In this document: piece after piece, positions 8,826 to 18,263 of the stretch
Layout of the letters: the number at the start of each line of letters is the position of its first letter
Numbering within the stretch: the stretch's first letter is position 1
Source of the DNA: Terriglobia bacterium
GTDB taxonomy: Bacteria > Acidobacteriota > Terriglobia > JAJPHL01 > JAPKYU01
DNA: 64,000 bases
Assembly (NCBI GenBank): GCA_965206645.1
Contig: CBDBKE010000001.1
Location: forward strand, 64,001-128,000
Direction of reading: 5' to 3'
Notes under the pieces: generated by a model
Told to the model about the DNA's origin: nothing
What the model saw: the letters and a program-made list of their open reading frames with translations, nothing else
The model's database searches: none
Program-made: the position numbers and the translations under genes

Positions 8826-9506
8826 GTGGGGTTCTGGAGAGCATCCATTGCGGTGCTGGGCAAAGACGCACGCGCCGAGCGCCGCACCAAGGAGGTGCTG
8901 AACACCAGCCTGCTGTTTGCGCTCATCGTGCTGGTGACCTTCAGTTTCTCGTTCGAGCCCACGGCGGAGGAGACCCGGCAGATTTCCGGCGGCCTGCTCT
9001 GGGTGGCCATCACCTTTGCCGGGATTCTGGCCTTGAACCGCAGCTTTGCCCGCGAACTGCCCAACGACGCGCTGCTCGGGCTGCTGGCGGCGCCGGTTTC
9101 TCCGGCGGCGCTTTACCTGGGGAAGGTGCTGGGCAACGTTGGCTTCCTGTTCCTGATGGAGCTGCTGATGCTGCCGCTGTTCACGGTATTTTACAACGTG
9201 AGCGTGCTCGAGCACGCGGCGCCGCTGGCGGCGATCCTGCTGCTCGGCACGTGGGGATTCGCCGTACTGGGCACCCTGCTGGCCGCCATGACCATCACTA
9301 TCCGCACCCGCGAGATGATGCTGCCCGTGCTGCTGTTTCCCCTTCTGACGCCCCTGCTGCTCGCCGTAGTACAAGCCACCACTGCGGTGCTGGCGGCGCA
9401 GCCCTGGCGCGCCTACCAGCTATGGATGAAGCTCATGTTGGGCTTCGATATTATCTTCACGGTGGCCGCGCTGCTGCTGGTGGAATATGTGTTGGCGGAA
9501 CCGTAA
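8826..9506 (+). CDS. ccmB: Heme exporter protein CcmB
   Basis: KD.R.E.R, GLLW, L.RSF..E, REMMLPVLLFPL..P; about 6 TM segments. Confidence 0.92.
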   Translation: MGFWRASIAVLGKDARAERRTKEVLNTSLLFALIVLVTFSFSFEPTAEETRQISGGLLWVAITFAGILALNRSFARELPNDALLGLLAAPVSPAALYLGKVLGNVGFLFLMELLMLPLFTVFYNVSVLEHAAPLAAILLLGTWGFAVLGTLLAAMTITIRTREMMLPVLLFPLLTPLLLAVVQATTAVLAAQPWRAYQLWMKLMLGFDIIFTVAALLLVEYVLAEP

Positions 9507-9569
9507 GGGAGCTGGCAACAGACCAGCGGTTGGCCTGCTATACCTTTGGCTATACCCTGGGGAGAAGCC

Positions 9570-10256
9570 GTGAACCAACGTCCAATCACCGCTTTGATCC
9601 TGTTCGCCGTCACGGTGGGGGCCATGGCCAAAGCGCTGCACGCCATCTTCCTGGAAGTGCCCATGGAAGTCACCATGGGCGCGGTGCAGCGCATCTTCTA
9701 CTTTCATTTGCCGTCGGCGGCGGTGGCCTTTCTCGCCTTCGCTGTTTCAGCCGGGGCTAGCGTCGCCTATCTGATCAACCGAAACCTGAGGTGGGACCGC
9801 TGGGCGGTTTCGGCGGCCGAAATTGGGGTGGTCTTTTGCTCGGTGGTGCTGGTGACGGGGCCCATTTGGGCGAAGCCGGTGTGGGGCATCTGGTGGACGT
9901 GGGACGCCCGGCTGACTGCCACCTTCGTGCTGTGGCTGATCTATGTCTCCTACCTGGTGCTGCGGGGTTTCCTGGAGGAGCCGACGCGGCGGGCCACCAT
10001 CTCCGCCGTACTCAGCATCCTCGGTTTCCTGGACGTGCCCCTGGTGTACATGGCCAACCGCTGGTGGCGGACCCAGCACCCGCAGCCGGTGATCGCCGGT
10101 GGCTCCGATTCGGGCCTCGATCCGCAGATGTGGCTGGGGCTGTTGCAAGCATTTGGGGCCCTGCTGCTGCTGTTTGCTTTCCTTATGTACCAGCGCCTGC
10201 AACTTGAACAAGCGCGCCAGGAAGTGGAGGCGTTGCGCCGGGAGGCCCTCTCATGA
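9570..10256 (+). CDS. ccmC: Heme exporter protein CcmC
   Basis: RIFYFHLP, TGPIWAKPVWGIWWTWDARLT, WWRTQHP; GTG at 9570 with GGAG RBS preferred over TTG at 9546. Confidence 0.93.
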   Translation: MNQRPITALILFAVTVGAMAKALHAIFLEVPMEVTMGAVQRIFYFHLPSAAVAFLAFAVSAGASVAYLINRNLRWDRWAVSAAEIGVVFCSVVLVTGPIWAKPVWGIWWTWDARLTATFVLWLIYVSYLVLRGFLEEPTRRATISAVLSILGFLDVPLVYMANRWWRTQHPQPVIAGGSDSGLDPQMWLGLLQAFGALLLLFAFLMYQRLQLEQARQEVEALRREALS

Positions 10257-10396
10257 ACTGGCTCTTCTATGGATTCCTCGCCGCCTGGCTGGTGCACCTG
10301 GGCTACCTGTTCAGCATCGCGATGCGCCAGCGCCAGCTCCGCCGCGACCTGGACAGCCTCCGCCGCCTGCTGGAATCGCGCAAGCAGCAGGTTTAA
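10253..10396 (+). CDS. ccmD: CcmD family small membrane protein (47 aa, not in ORF track)
   Basis: ATGA overlap with the ccmC stop; MNWLFYGFLAAWLVHLGYLFSIAMRQRQLRRDLDSLRRLLESRKQQV (single TM plus basic tail). Confidence 0.85.
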   Translation: MNWLFYGFLAAWLVHLGYLFSIAMRQRQLRRDLDSLRRLLESRKQQV

Positions 10397-10457
10397 GGTT
10401 CCAGGTTTCAGGTGCCGGGTTCCAAGCTGTAGTCTGAAGCCGACACCTGAAACCCGG
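10396..10457. repeat. Heptamer-type repeat / inverted repeat after the ccm operon
   Basis: aggttcc-aggtttc-aggtgcc-gggttcc followed by inverted gacacctgaaacccgg; near-identical to 43291-43311. Confidence 0.6.
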
Positions 10458-10557
10458 GTAGTGAGTTGCAGCCGTATCCCGTCTGCGGCGCGCCTAACGG
10501 AGGCGTTGCCCTTCTATCGCCGACTCAAACTGATCTGCTGCTCCGTGGGGATCAGTC

Positions 10558-11784
10558 TCAGACCGCTAACTGATCCTTCCCATCGGTAAGCCACTCTAAG
10601 TTGAAGCGCGCAAAGGTAATCCTCTCGTACGGCTCGTTCCTGCCGTTTTCGTAAAGCAGGCCGATGCTCCCATCTGGAAGAGCTGCCAGACACGAATAGG
10701 CCGAAGGTCCGGGATAGATGACTTTCGAGAGTAGCCAAGTCCTGCCCTCGTCATAGCTGAGCCGAACCGTCATGTTGACGCGGTCTTTTTTGTGGGCCGG
10801 ATTAGAGAATAAAAGCCGATTCTTGGCGTAGACACCCCTCCGATCCGTATAGCGAATGAAGCTTGCCTGACAACGTGGTTCGATCAATGCATACTCGTGA
10901 CTCAGCTCAGACCAGGTTTTGCCTCCGTCCATGGATGTGGCAACGGCGCGGCATCCTTTTTTGTGGTAGCTGCGCATGTTCAGCATCAAGCTGCCGTCCG
11001 CTAATTCCACCACCTGGCATTCATTCGTCGCAGGGCCGGCTCCGGCCCCCAGTTGCCACGTCTTACCATGGTCGTCGCTGTAGGCTACCGTGGAGTGATC
11101 TCTTTCATTCGTCGCTGGCTTTCCGCGGCTGAAGTAGCATGGAACGATCAGACGACCATTTCGCATCTGGATACCCATGCCCGGTGCAGCCATCACCCCG
11201 GTCCAGCCCGGCTTCGTGAGCATGCTGGTGATATCCCTCGGCTGAGACCAGGTTTGTCCGTCGTCGTCACTGACGATGGCATGAAGCATGATGATCCGGC
11301 CTCGTCCGTCGGGCTGGAGGCCCTCGGGAAGAGTTCTTTGGGCCTTTTTCAGAGCCTCCAGGGTGGGCCAGATGTGGTCGTAGATGATCCAGATGTGACC
11401 CGTCTGCCGGTCGACCAGCATGCAGGGATCGCAGGCCGCTTGATAGCCGGGGAAATCAATGAGAATCTTCATTCGCTCCCAGGTTTCGCCGTTATCGACA
11501 CTGCGCTTCAAGGCCAGGTCGATGTTGTTGGGGGCATCACCGGGCTTCTCGACCCGGGCGTCACAAAGCGCCAGCAACGTACCCTTGTTGGTGGTGACCA
11601 TGGCGGGGATCCTATACTCGCGAATTCCGTCCAGGCCTGCGGTGAAGACGTCCTTCGACTGGAAAAGCGGATCTGTTTTTGAGCCAAAGGCCAAAGGGGA
11701 AACAAATAGACCCGTCGTTCCCACCCCGACCGTTCCCACTCCAACCAGGTTAAGAAAATCTCTGCGTCTCAATGATTGACTCAT
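10558..11784 (-). CDS. Exo-alpha-sialidase (GH33-like), Tat-exported
   Basis: RRRDFL Tat motif, YRIP motif, multiple Asp-boxes (SxDxGxTW), NECQVVE, AYS, LYE. Confidence 0.9.
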   Translation of the reverse strand: MSQSLRRRDFLNLVGVGTVGVGTTGLFVSPLAFGSKTDPLFQSKDVFTAGLDGIREYRIPAMVTTNKGTLLALCDARVEKPGDAPNNIDLALKRSVDNGETWERMKILIDFPGYQAACDPCMLVDRQTGHIWIIYDHIWPTLEALKKAQRTLPEGLQPDGRGRIIMLHAIVSDDDGQTWSQPRDITSMLTKPGWTGVMAAPGMGIQMRNGRLIVPCYFSRGKPATNERDHSTVAYSDDHGKTWQLGAGAGPATNECQVVELADGSLMLNMRSYHKKGCRAVATSMDGGKTWSELSHEYALIEPRCQASFIRYTDRRGVYAKNRLLFSNPAHKKDRVNMTVRLSYDEGRTWLLSKVIYPGPSAYSCLAALPDGSIGLLYENGRNEPYERITFARFNLEWLTDGKDQLAV

Positions 11785-11934
11785 TGTGAAAACCTCCTGT
11801 TGAGCTTGAGGATCAGCCCCAGGCGACCTGAATTCAGTCTTTTTCTTACCAGCGGTTGCTAGCCGGAATTTCCGATTTGAGCTTCCCCTTCGCCCAAAAC
11901 CATACGCCCACCCCTCTTTCGATTCAAGCTCAGA

Positions 11935-12963
11935 TCACCACGGTCCCTTTGGGGGTGGCATCTCGGCCGGTTTTGGCCCTGACACCTGCCTTCGCACCAA
12001 ATCGGCCAGGCAGGCAATGAAGGTGGGTGAATCGTTGAGCGCCGGCATCACCTGGAAGCCGGTGATGCCGGCCCGGCGGGCCTCCTCGCGTGCTTCAATG
12101 TTGATCTCGTTCAGCGTCTCGACATGGTCGGTGACGAAGGAAATGGGAACCACCAGCACATTGGCAACGCCGCACCGGCCTAACCCGCGCAGGGTAGCCA
12201 GCAACGAGGGCTGCACCCAACGGCCTGACCCCACCTTGCTCTGATAGCAGAGCAGGTGGGGATGGTGCCACCTGCCTGCTTCCATGACCAGTCGCACCGT
12301 TTCCTCCGTCTGTCGTGTGTAGGGGTCGCCGGCTTTCACGACGCTGACGGGCACGCCATGCGCGCTGAACACCAGGTGCAGGTTGGCCGGAGCTGAGAAG
12401 CGCTCCAGACCCTGGTTGATTCTCTCTACCAGCGCCCGAATGTAGCCCGGGTGGTCGTAGAAGTGGGGAATGGTGTGGACCCGCACGCCCGACCGGTCCG
12501 TGTACTTGCGCTTCCACTCGTTGAGGCTGCTGCCGGTGGTTGTCTTCGAGTATTGCGGATAAAGCGGCAGCAACACCAGCTCGCCCGGCACCTCGCCTGG
12601 CCCGGCCGACTCCAGTTTCGCCACTGCTTCCTCAGTCAATGGGTGCCAGTAGCGCATGGCAAGGACGACGCGGGCCCGCATCGACTTCAATAATTCAGCT
12701 TGCAGGGCGCTCACCTGCTGCTCCGTTAATTCGCGGATGGGCGAGCGACCGCCAATGGCCGCGTAGTGGTGTTGAACCTTGCTAGCGCGCTTGGAAGCCA
12801 ACAGGCGGGCTATCGACGCGCGCACGCGTCCCAGCGGCAGTTGGATGATGTCGGGATCACAGAACAGGTTGTATAGAAACGGCTCAACCGCTTCGGGCGA
12901 ATCTGGCCCTCCAAGCTGAAACAACACTACGCCGATTGTCTTTTCTTTCCGCAGCTCGGTCAT
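11935..12963 (-). CDS. hemH: Ferrochelatase
   Basis: LGGP, Y..IGGRSP, AMRYWHP, LPLYPQYS, FSAHG.P, YQSKVG, SFVTDHVETL.EI. Confidence 0.95.
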   Translation of the reverse strand: MTELRKEKTIGVVLFQLGGPDSPEAVEPFLYNLFCDPDIIQLPLGRVRASIARLLASKRASKVQHHYAAIGGRSPIRELTEQQVSALQAELLKSMRARVVLAMRYWHPLTEEAVAKLESAGPGEVPGELVLLPLYPQYSKTTTGSSLNEWKRKYTDRSGVRVHTIPHFYDHPGYIRALVERINQGLERFSAPANLHLVFSAHGVPVSVVKAGDPYTRQTEETVRLVMEAGRWHHPHLLCYQSKVGSGRWVQPSLLATLRGLGRCGVANVLVVPISFVTDHVETLNEINIEAREEARRAGITGFQVMPALNDSPTFIACLADLVRRQVSGPKPAEMPPPKGPW

Positions 12964-13264
12964 CAGTCGTCGCTTTTCCTGATCTTAACCTTAGGCCCAC
13001 CAAAGCTCCTAGAGGGGCGTAGCGCTTGTCCCCTTTCAGGAATCATTCGCATCTGGGACTCGAACCGCCTGAGCTGTATTCCCCTTGCGGCTTTCGGTTG
13101 ACCTGATCTGGCCCGGATTTGATATACTCCATCGGAAGTGGGGCAGTCGTTTCGCATCGAAGTGGGAATGATGCCGAAAAGGGAACAGAGGGCCACCCGA
13201 TGCGGTTCTGATGTGAAACACAGGGCGCCTAGATTGTCGGCTGCTCCCTAAAGTTGCCCAAACG

Positions 13265-14143
13265 ATGAACCTTAGCCCAATGCAAATCGCGTCCCGGGCT
13301 AATGGACACGCCAAAGTCCGCATCCTAGCCTACCATGCAGTGCGGGAGGATTCCTCTGGGGTTGCGACTGCTTCGATTTCGCTGGCCCGGCTGGACCGGC
13401 AGTTGAAGTTGCTTCGCTGGCTGGGCTTTTCGTTCATCTCTTTGGACGATTGGCTGAACTACTTGCAGCAAGGCAAGCCGGTGCCTCGCAAGGCAGTGGC
13501 TGTGACCTTCGATGATGGCTACGAGGAGATGGCTGAGCCGCTCAAGCAGTTGCTTCACCGGAGGGAGATTCCCGCCACTATGTTTGTTGTCAGCTCCTTG
13601 CTGGGTGACTTGAACTGCTGGGACCTGCCAACCGGCAAGCCCCTGAAGCTGTCGGGTCCGCAAGGCTTGCGTAACCTGGCGCCGGTCATCAGCTTGGGGT
13701 CTCACAGTCGGTCGCATGCGTCCTTAGCCCAGCTTGACCCTGGGGCACTTTACGAAGAGCTTACCCTCAGCAAGAAGGAACTAGAGCAAAAGCTTGGCCT
13801 TCCCGTTCGGTACGTGGCCTACCCGTACGGGGACTACCACGAGCGTGTCGGTTTGGCGGCGCGCGAGGCTGGCTACCAGCTTGGCCTTGGCGTTCAGCCC
13901 GGCCTGAATGATGCGGGCTCGGACCGCTTCCACCTGCACCGCATTTGCATCCTCTCCCACGACACCGTCGCACGGTTCTTCGGCAAGGTGGTTTTTCCGC
14001 GCGGTTGGCTGGTCCTGGCCGGCGCTCGAGCTTCCCTGCGGCGCGGCTGGAATGCCGGAATGGATCGCTGGATGCCGCCTCGGAGCTGGCCTCGGTTCTG
14101 GAAGGTTACCGTTGCCCGCTTGCTCACCCGCGCGAGTTCCTAA
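13265..14143 (+). CDS. Polysaccharide deacetylase family protein (CE4)
   Basis: ILAYH, VTFDDGY, GSHSRSH, AYPYG motifs. Confidence 0.88.
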   Translation: MNLSPMQIASRANGHAKVRILAYHAVREDSSGVATASISLARLDRQLKLLRWLGFSFISLDDWLNYLQQGKPVPRKAVAVTFDDGYEEMAEPLKQLLHRREIPATMFVVSSLLGDLNCWDLPTGKPLKLSGPQGLRNLAPVISLGSHSRSHASLAQLDPGALYEELTLSKKELEQKLGLPVRYVAYPYGDYHERVGLAAREAGYQLGLGVQPGLNDAGSDRFHLHRICILSHDTVARFFGKVVFPRGWLVLAGARASLRRGWNAGMDRWMPPRSWPRFWKVTVARLLTRASS

Positions 14144-14144
14144 C

Positions 14145-14618
14145 CTACATCTCAGGTGAGGGGCTCCAGCGCCACGCCAACCCCGCCGCCAGCGTGCCGC
14201 TGGTGGCGTTCAGCAGCACATCGGCGAGCGTCGCTTGGCGTCCTGGAAACAGTAGCTGAAAGGCTTCCGAGCCAAGTCCCGCCAGCAGGCAGATTCCGGC
14301 GGTTGCCAAGAATTTCTGCAGCGGCGGGCATTTCAGGCTGTGGGAGAGCCAGCTGCCCAGCGAGAAGAAGAGCACGAAATGAAGGCCCTTCTGGGCCATG
14401 GGCCGCGCGCCCCAGTCCATCCCCAACATTCCGAACAGAGCCAAATGAAAGCTGTAGGCGTACTGCGCGGCTTTGCCGGCCAGTGGGGTAGAAGAAAAAA
14501 GGATCAGCGCCAGGTGGGCGAACGTTCCCCAAAGCCGTCTGCAGCTCATTGCCCAGGGCCGTTTCATGGCCAAGGTCGCAACGATCCGCGGAGTTACTGG
14601 CGGCGGAACCGCTGGCAT
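14145..14618 (-). CDS. VanZ-like family membrane protein
   Basis: K..HF..F, SE..Q...PGR....DVLLN..G; start codon uncertain. Confidence 0.8.
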   Translation of the reverse strand: MPAVPPPVTPRIVATLAMKRPWAMSCRRLWGTFAHLALILFSSTPLAGKAAQYAYSFHLALFGMLGMDWGARPMAQKGLHFVLFFSLGSWLSHSLKCPPLQKFLATAGICLLAGLGSEAFQLLFPGRQATLADVLLNATSGTLAAGLAWRWSPSPEM

Positions 14619-14744
14619 TGCTCGATTCTATCGGGGACCGCCAGGACCGGCCAACCATTTCGTCAGCGTCAGCGGGCAAACACTACCCAAAGGCGTGCGC
14701 CGACGGTCCGGTTGGCCGCGGCGGCATGATAATATTGTTCGTTC

Positions 14745-15683
14745 ATGACGGTTGCCATCCGCTGCACCTCCCTCTTCAAGAGCTACGACGGCAAGGTGGA
14801 GGCAGTGCGCGGCCTGGACCTGGCCGTCGAGCAGGGCGAGTGTTTCGGACTGTTGGGGCCCAACGGCGCCGGAAAGACCACCACTATCGAGATTCTCGAA
14901 GGCCTGCTGAAGCCCACCTCCGGTGAGGTGGAAATCCTGGGCAAGCGATGGGGTATCGAGGACCAGCAGCTACGCGAATTGCTGGGGATCTCGCTGCAGG
15001 ACACCCGGCTCTCGGAAAAGCTTACCGTCAAAGAGACGCTGGCGTTGTTTGCCAGCTTCTACCGGCAGCCGGCCGACCCATTTCAGGTGATGCAGCAAGT
15101 AGCGCTCACCGAAAAGACCGACAGCCGGGCAGGCAAGCTGTCGGGCGGGCAGAAGCAGCGACTGGCGGTCGCCTGCGCCCTGGTGGGCAATCCGAGCGTT
15201 TTGTTTCTCGATGAGCCAACCACCGGACTGGATCCGCAGTCGCGCCGCCAGCTCTGGGAGATCGTCCGCAACTTCCAGCAGAACGGCGGCACCGTCCTGC
15301 TGACCACTCACTACATGGACGAGGCCGAGCGGTTGTGCGACCGGGTGGCGATCATTGACTACGGCCGCATCATCGCCCTGGGCACGCCTGCCGAATTGGT
15401 TGCTTCGCTGGGCGCCGACCACGTAGTGGAATTCGCACTGGCCGAGGCGGCTGCTTCAGCCGGTTTGGCGCAGGACGGGCTGGCTACGCTGCCCGCGGTG
15501 CGCGCTGTCCGCGAGGAAAACGGCAACTACCTGCTGACCGTTGCCGCGCCGCACCTGGCTTTGCCCGGCCTGTGCAACTGGCTGGAGAATCAGGGACTGG
15601 AGCTGGCGCGGCTGACCACGCGCCACGCCAGCCTGGAGGACGTATTCGTAAAGCTGACCGGCCGGCACCTTCGTGATGAGTAG
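14745..15683 (+). CDS. ABC-2 type transporter ATP-binding protein
   Basis: GPNGAGKTT, LSGGQKQR, LDEPTTGLD, TTHYMDEAE. Confidence 0.93.
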   Translation: MTVAIRCTSLFKSYDGKVEAVRGLDLAVEQGECFGLLGPNGAGKTTTIEILEGLLKPTSGEVEILGKRWGIEDQQLRELLGISLQDTRLSEKLTVKETLALFASFYRQPADPFQVMQQVALTEKTDSRAGKLSGGQKQRLAVACALVGNPSVLFLDEPTTGLDPQSRRQLWEIVRNFQQNGGTVLLTTHYMDEAERLCDRVAIIDYGRIIALGTPAELVASLGADHVVEFALAEAAASAGLAQDGLATLPAVRAVREENGNYLLTVAAPHLALPGLCNWLENQGLELARLTTRHASLEDVFVKLTGRHLRDE

Positions 15684-15717
15684 GCGTGATGATTAGGGAT
15701 GCAGCCTGGAGTGCGGG

Positions 15718-16752
15718 ATGATTCACTGGCAAGCCTACGGGCAGCTGCTACTGGCTCGGCTGCGGGAATTGAAGCGGGAGCCGGAAGTTGTCTTCTGGGT
15801 GTTCTTCTTTCCCGTCCTGCTGGCGCTGGCTCTGGGCCTCGCCTTCCGGGACGGCCCACAGGAAACGATTCTTGTGGCCGTGGTCGAACATGCGGAGGCG
15901 CAGCGGCTGGTGCGCACGCTCAACGCGGCCCCCTCGCTCCGGGCCAAGGTCACCAGCACTCAGGAGGCGGCTCGGCAGCTCCGGCTGGGCAAGGTCTCGC
16001 TGGTGGTCTTCCCCGGCGAGAGTTTCCGCTACCGCTACGACCCCAGCCGGCCTGGCAGCTTGTTGGCCCGCTCTCTGGTGGATGCGGCATTGCAGCAGGC
16101 CGCCGGTCGCACCGACCCGTTGCCCACTCGCCAGGAGCCGGTCAGCGAACCCGGAGCGCGCTACATTGATTTCCTGATTCCCGGCTTGCTAGGGATGAAC
16201 CTGCTGGGCGGCGGGATGTGGGGAGTGGGCTTCGCCCTGGTGGACATGCGGGCCAAGAAGCTGCTGAAGCGCCTGATCGCTACCCCGATGCGCCGCCCAG
16301 ACTTCCTACTCGCGATGATTTCCAGCCGGCTGCTGCTGATGTTATTTGAGGCGGCGCTGCTGCTGGGCCTGGGCTGGGTCGTCTTCGACATGGTGGTCCA
16401 GGGGAGCATTTCCAGCGTGCTGGTGCTGGGCGCGGCCGGCTCCCTCTGCTTCGCCGGAATGGGACTGCTGGTGGCCAGCCGAGCCCAGAAGATCGAAACC
16501 GTTTCCGGCCTAATGAACCTGGTGATGCTGCCCATGTTCGTCTTGTCCGGGGTTTTCTTTTCCGCAGACCGATTCCCGGAGGTCGTGCAGCCGCTAATCC
16601 GCCTGCTGCCGCTCACGGCCCTCAACGATGCCTTGCGGTCGGTGATTCTGGAAGGTGCTAGCTTGGCGGCCCAGTCCACGCGGTTGCTGATCCTGGCTGC
16701 CTGGGGCAGCCTCAGCTTCCTGCTGGCCTTGCGCCGGTTCCGCTGGACCTAG
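15718..16752 (+). CDS. ABC-2 type transporter permease
   Basis: FW...FP, YIDFLIPGL, LKRL..TP, LSGVFF, LPLT; follows the ATPase. Confidence 0.9.
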   Translation: MIHWQAYGQLLLARLRELKREPEVVFWVFFFPVLLALALGLAFRDGPQETILVAVVEHAEAQRLVRTLNAAPSLRAKVTSTQEAARQLRLGKVSLVVFPGESFRYRYDPSRPGSLLARSLVDAALQQAAGRTDPLPTRQEPVSEPGARYIDFLIPGLLGMNLLGGGMWGVGFALVDMRAKKLLKRLIATPMRRPDFLLAMISSRLLLMLFEAALLLGLGWVVFDMVVQGSISSVLVLGAAGSLCFAGMGLLVASRAQKIETVSGLMNLVMLPMFVLSGVFFSADRFPEVVQPLIRLLPLTALNDALRSVILEGASLAAQSTRLLILAAWGSLSFLLALRRFRWT

Positions 16753-18148
16753 CTTGCGCCGCCTCCAAGAGCAACTCTACTGCCCGCTGTATCTGTGGGT
16801 CGCCCGAGGCGGCGACTTCGTCGCCCCGCGCCACGCCGAAAGTTAGGTTAAAAATCTCCGTCTTCAGCCGGGTCCGGATGAACCTCTGGTTTTCAGACCA
16901 CAGTCTCTCGGTGACAGGAATGTCTCGCTGGTGAAGGAAACCACGAAACCCGTCAAGCAGCTTTGGGGAGACTTCGAACTCGGGCGGGATAGGGTGCTCG
17001 TCGGCGCGCAGGTGCCGCGCAAACTCCAAGAACACTAACCGGCTTTCCAGAAATGCCTGATAGTTCGTGTAGCCGGAAGGCGCGACAACAACATCTGGGG
17101 TGATGCCGCCGGTGTCGCTCCGGGTCCGTTCCAGGGAGCGGCCGGAAGGCGTGAGGTACAACGCGGTGGCCAACGCCAAGCCTGTATCTCCACTCAGCGG
17201 ATAGACTGTCTGCACCGTTCCTTTGCCGAAAGTGGTTTGCCCCACGAGCCGTGCGCGGCCATGGTCCTGCAGCGCCCCAGCCAGAATCTCGGCAGCGCTG
17301 GCGGTGCGGCCGCTGACCAGCACGACCAGCGGCAGTTCTTGTGCCAGCGGCTCGGCCTTCTCCACGGTGAAGCGCTGGGCCTCGCCTGTGCGACCGCGAG
17401 CGGTTAGCACCAGCTCACCCTCCGGCAGAAACAGCCCGGCCGTTTCCACCGCCGCCTGCAGCAGGCCACCGCCGTTCTTGCGAAGGTCGAGCACCAGCCC
17501 ATCCAGCGCCGGGCCCCATCGCTGCAACGCCTGCCTCAGCTCGGCCACCGTGGTGCTTTCGAAGGCGGTGACGTGCAGGTAGCCGATCCCCTCGCGCAGC
17601 CAGAAAGCACGGTCCACGGTGGATTCGGAAAGCTCGGCGGGGCTCACGGTGATGCTCTCCACCTTGCTGCTGTTGGGGCGCAGCACCAGCATGTGAGTAC
17701 GCTGTTGCGAGCGCGCAGCATTGAGCACCCGCACGATCTGCGCCATGGTGAGGCGCCCGATGCGGTGGTTATTGACTTCCAGAATTTCATCCCCCGCCTG
17801 GAGGCCGGCGCGGGCCGCCGGAGAGCCGACAAATGCCTCCAGCACCACTACCCGCCCGGGCATCACCGTGACGATCGTGCCAAAGCCCTCGCTCTTGGCT
17901 TGCTGGTGCTTTTGGAGGAGGCGAAACTGATCGGCGTCGAAAAACACCGAGTAGGGGTCCAGCCGCCGAAGCATTCCAGGAATCGCGCCCCGGTAGATCT
18001 GCGTTTCGGGATCGATCGGGTCGGCGTACTGTTCCTCGACGACGCTGTAAACGGCAGTGAGCCGGCGCAGGGATTCCTCCACCGGGTCCGGAGCCGAAGG
18101 GGCTTGCAGTAGAACGAGCAACAGCAGGGCCGCTAGCGCGATGCGCAC
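16712..18148 (-). CDS. S41 family carboxyl-terminal protease (CtpA-like)
   Basis: Signal peptide, LDPYS, PDZ (SPAARAGLQAGD), LDLRKNGGG, TASAAE, TFGKG. Confidence 0.9.
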   Translation of the reverse strand: MRIALAALLLLVLLQAPSAPDPVEESLRRLTAVYSVVEEQYADPIDPETQIYRGAIPGMLRRLDPYSVFFDADQFRLLQKHQQAKSEGFGTIVTVMPGRVVVLEAFVGSPAARAGLQAGDEILEVNNHRIGRLTMAQIVRVLNAARSQQRTHMLVLRPNSSKVESITVSPAELSESTVDRAFWLREGIGYLHVTAFESTTVAELRQALQRWGPALDGLVLDLRKNGGGLLQAAVETAGLFLPEGELVLTARGRTGEAQRFTVEKAEPLAQELPLVVLVSGRTASAAEILAGALQDHGRARLVGQTTFGKGTVQTVYPLSGDTGLALATALYLTPSGRSLERTRSDTGGITPDVVVAPSGYTNYQAFLESRLVFLEFARHLRADEHPIPPEFEVSPKLLDGFRGFLHQRDIPVTERLWSENQRFIRTRLKTEIFNLTFGVARGDEVAASGDPQIQRAVELLLEAAQARSSGTGARPAGS

Positions 18149-18263
18149 TACTTCATTCTACCGCAGGCCGCAGACCGGCTCGGTGCGGGCCGGGGAAAGC
18201 GTGCGGCGTGCAGGAGAAGCCGGCGTGCTAAGATCCCGATTATCGTCGTGCTAAGATAAAGCT

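Noticed and set aside
13055-13084. Minus-strand GGGGAATACAGCTCAG-GCGGTTCGAGTCCC resembles tRNA 5' and T-loop fragments
   Set aside because: No T-stem pairing, no anticodon arm and no acceptor stem; too short for a tRNA and probably chance
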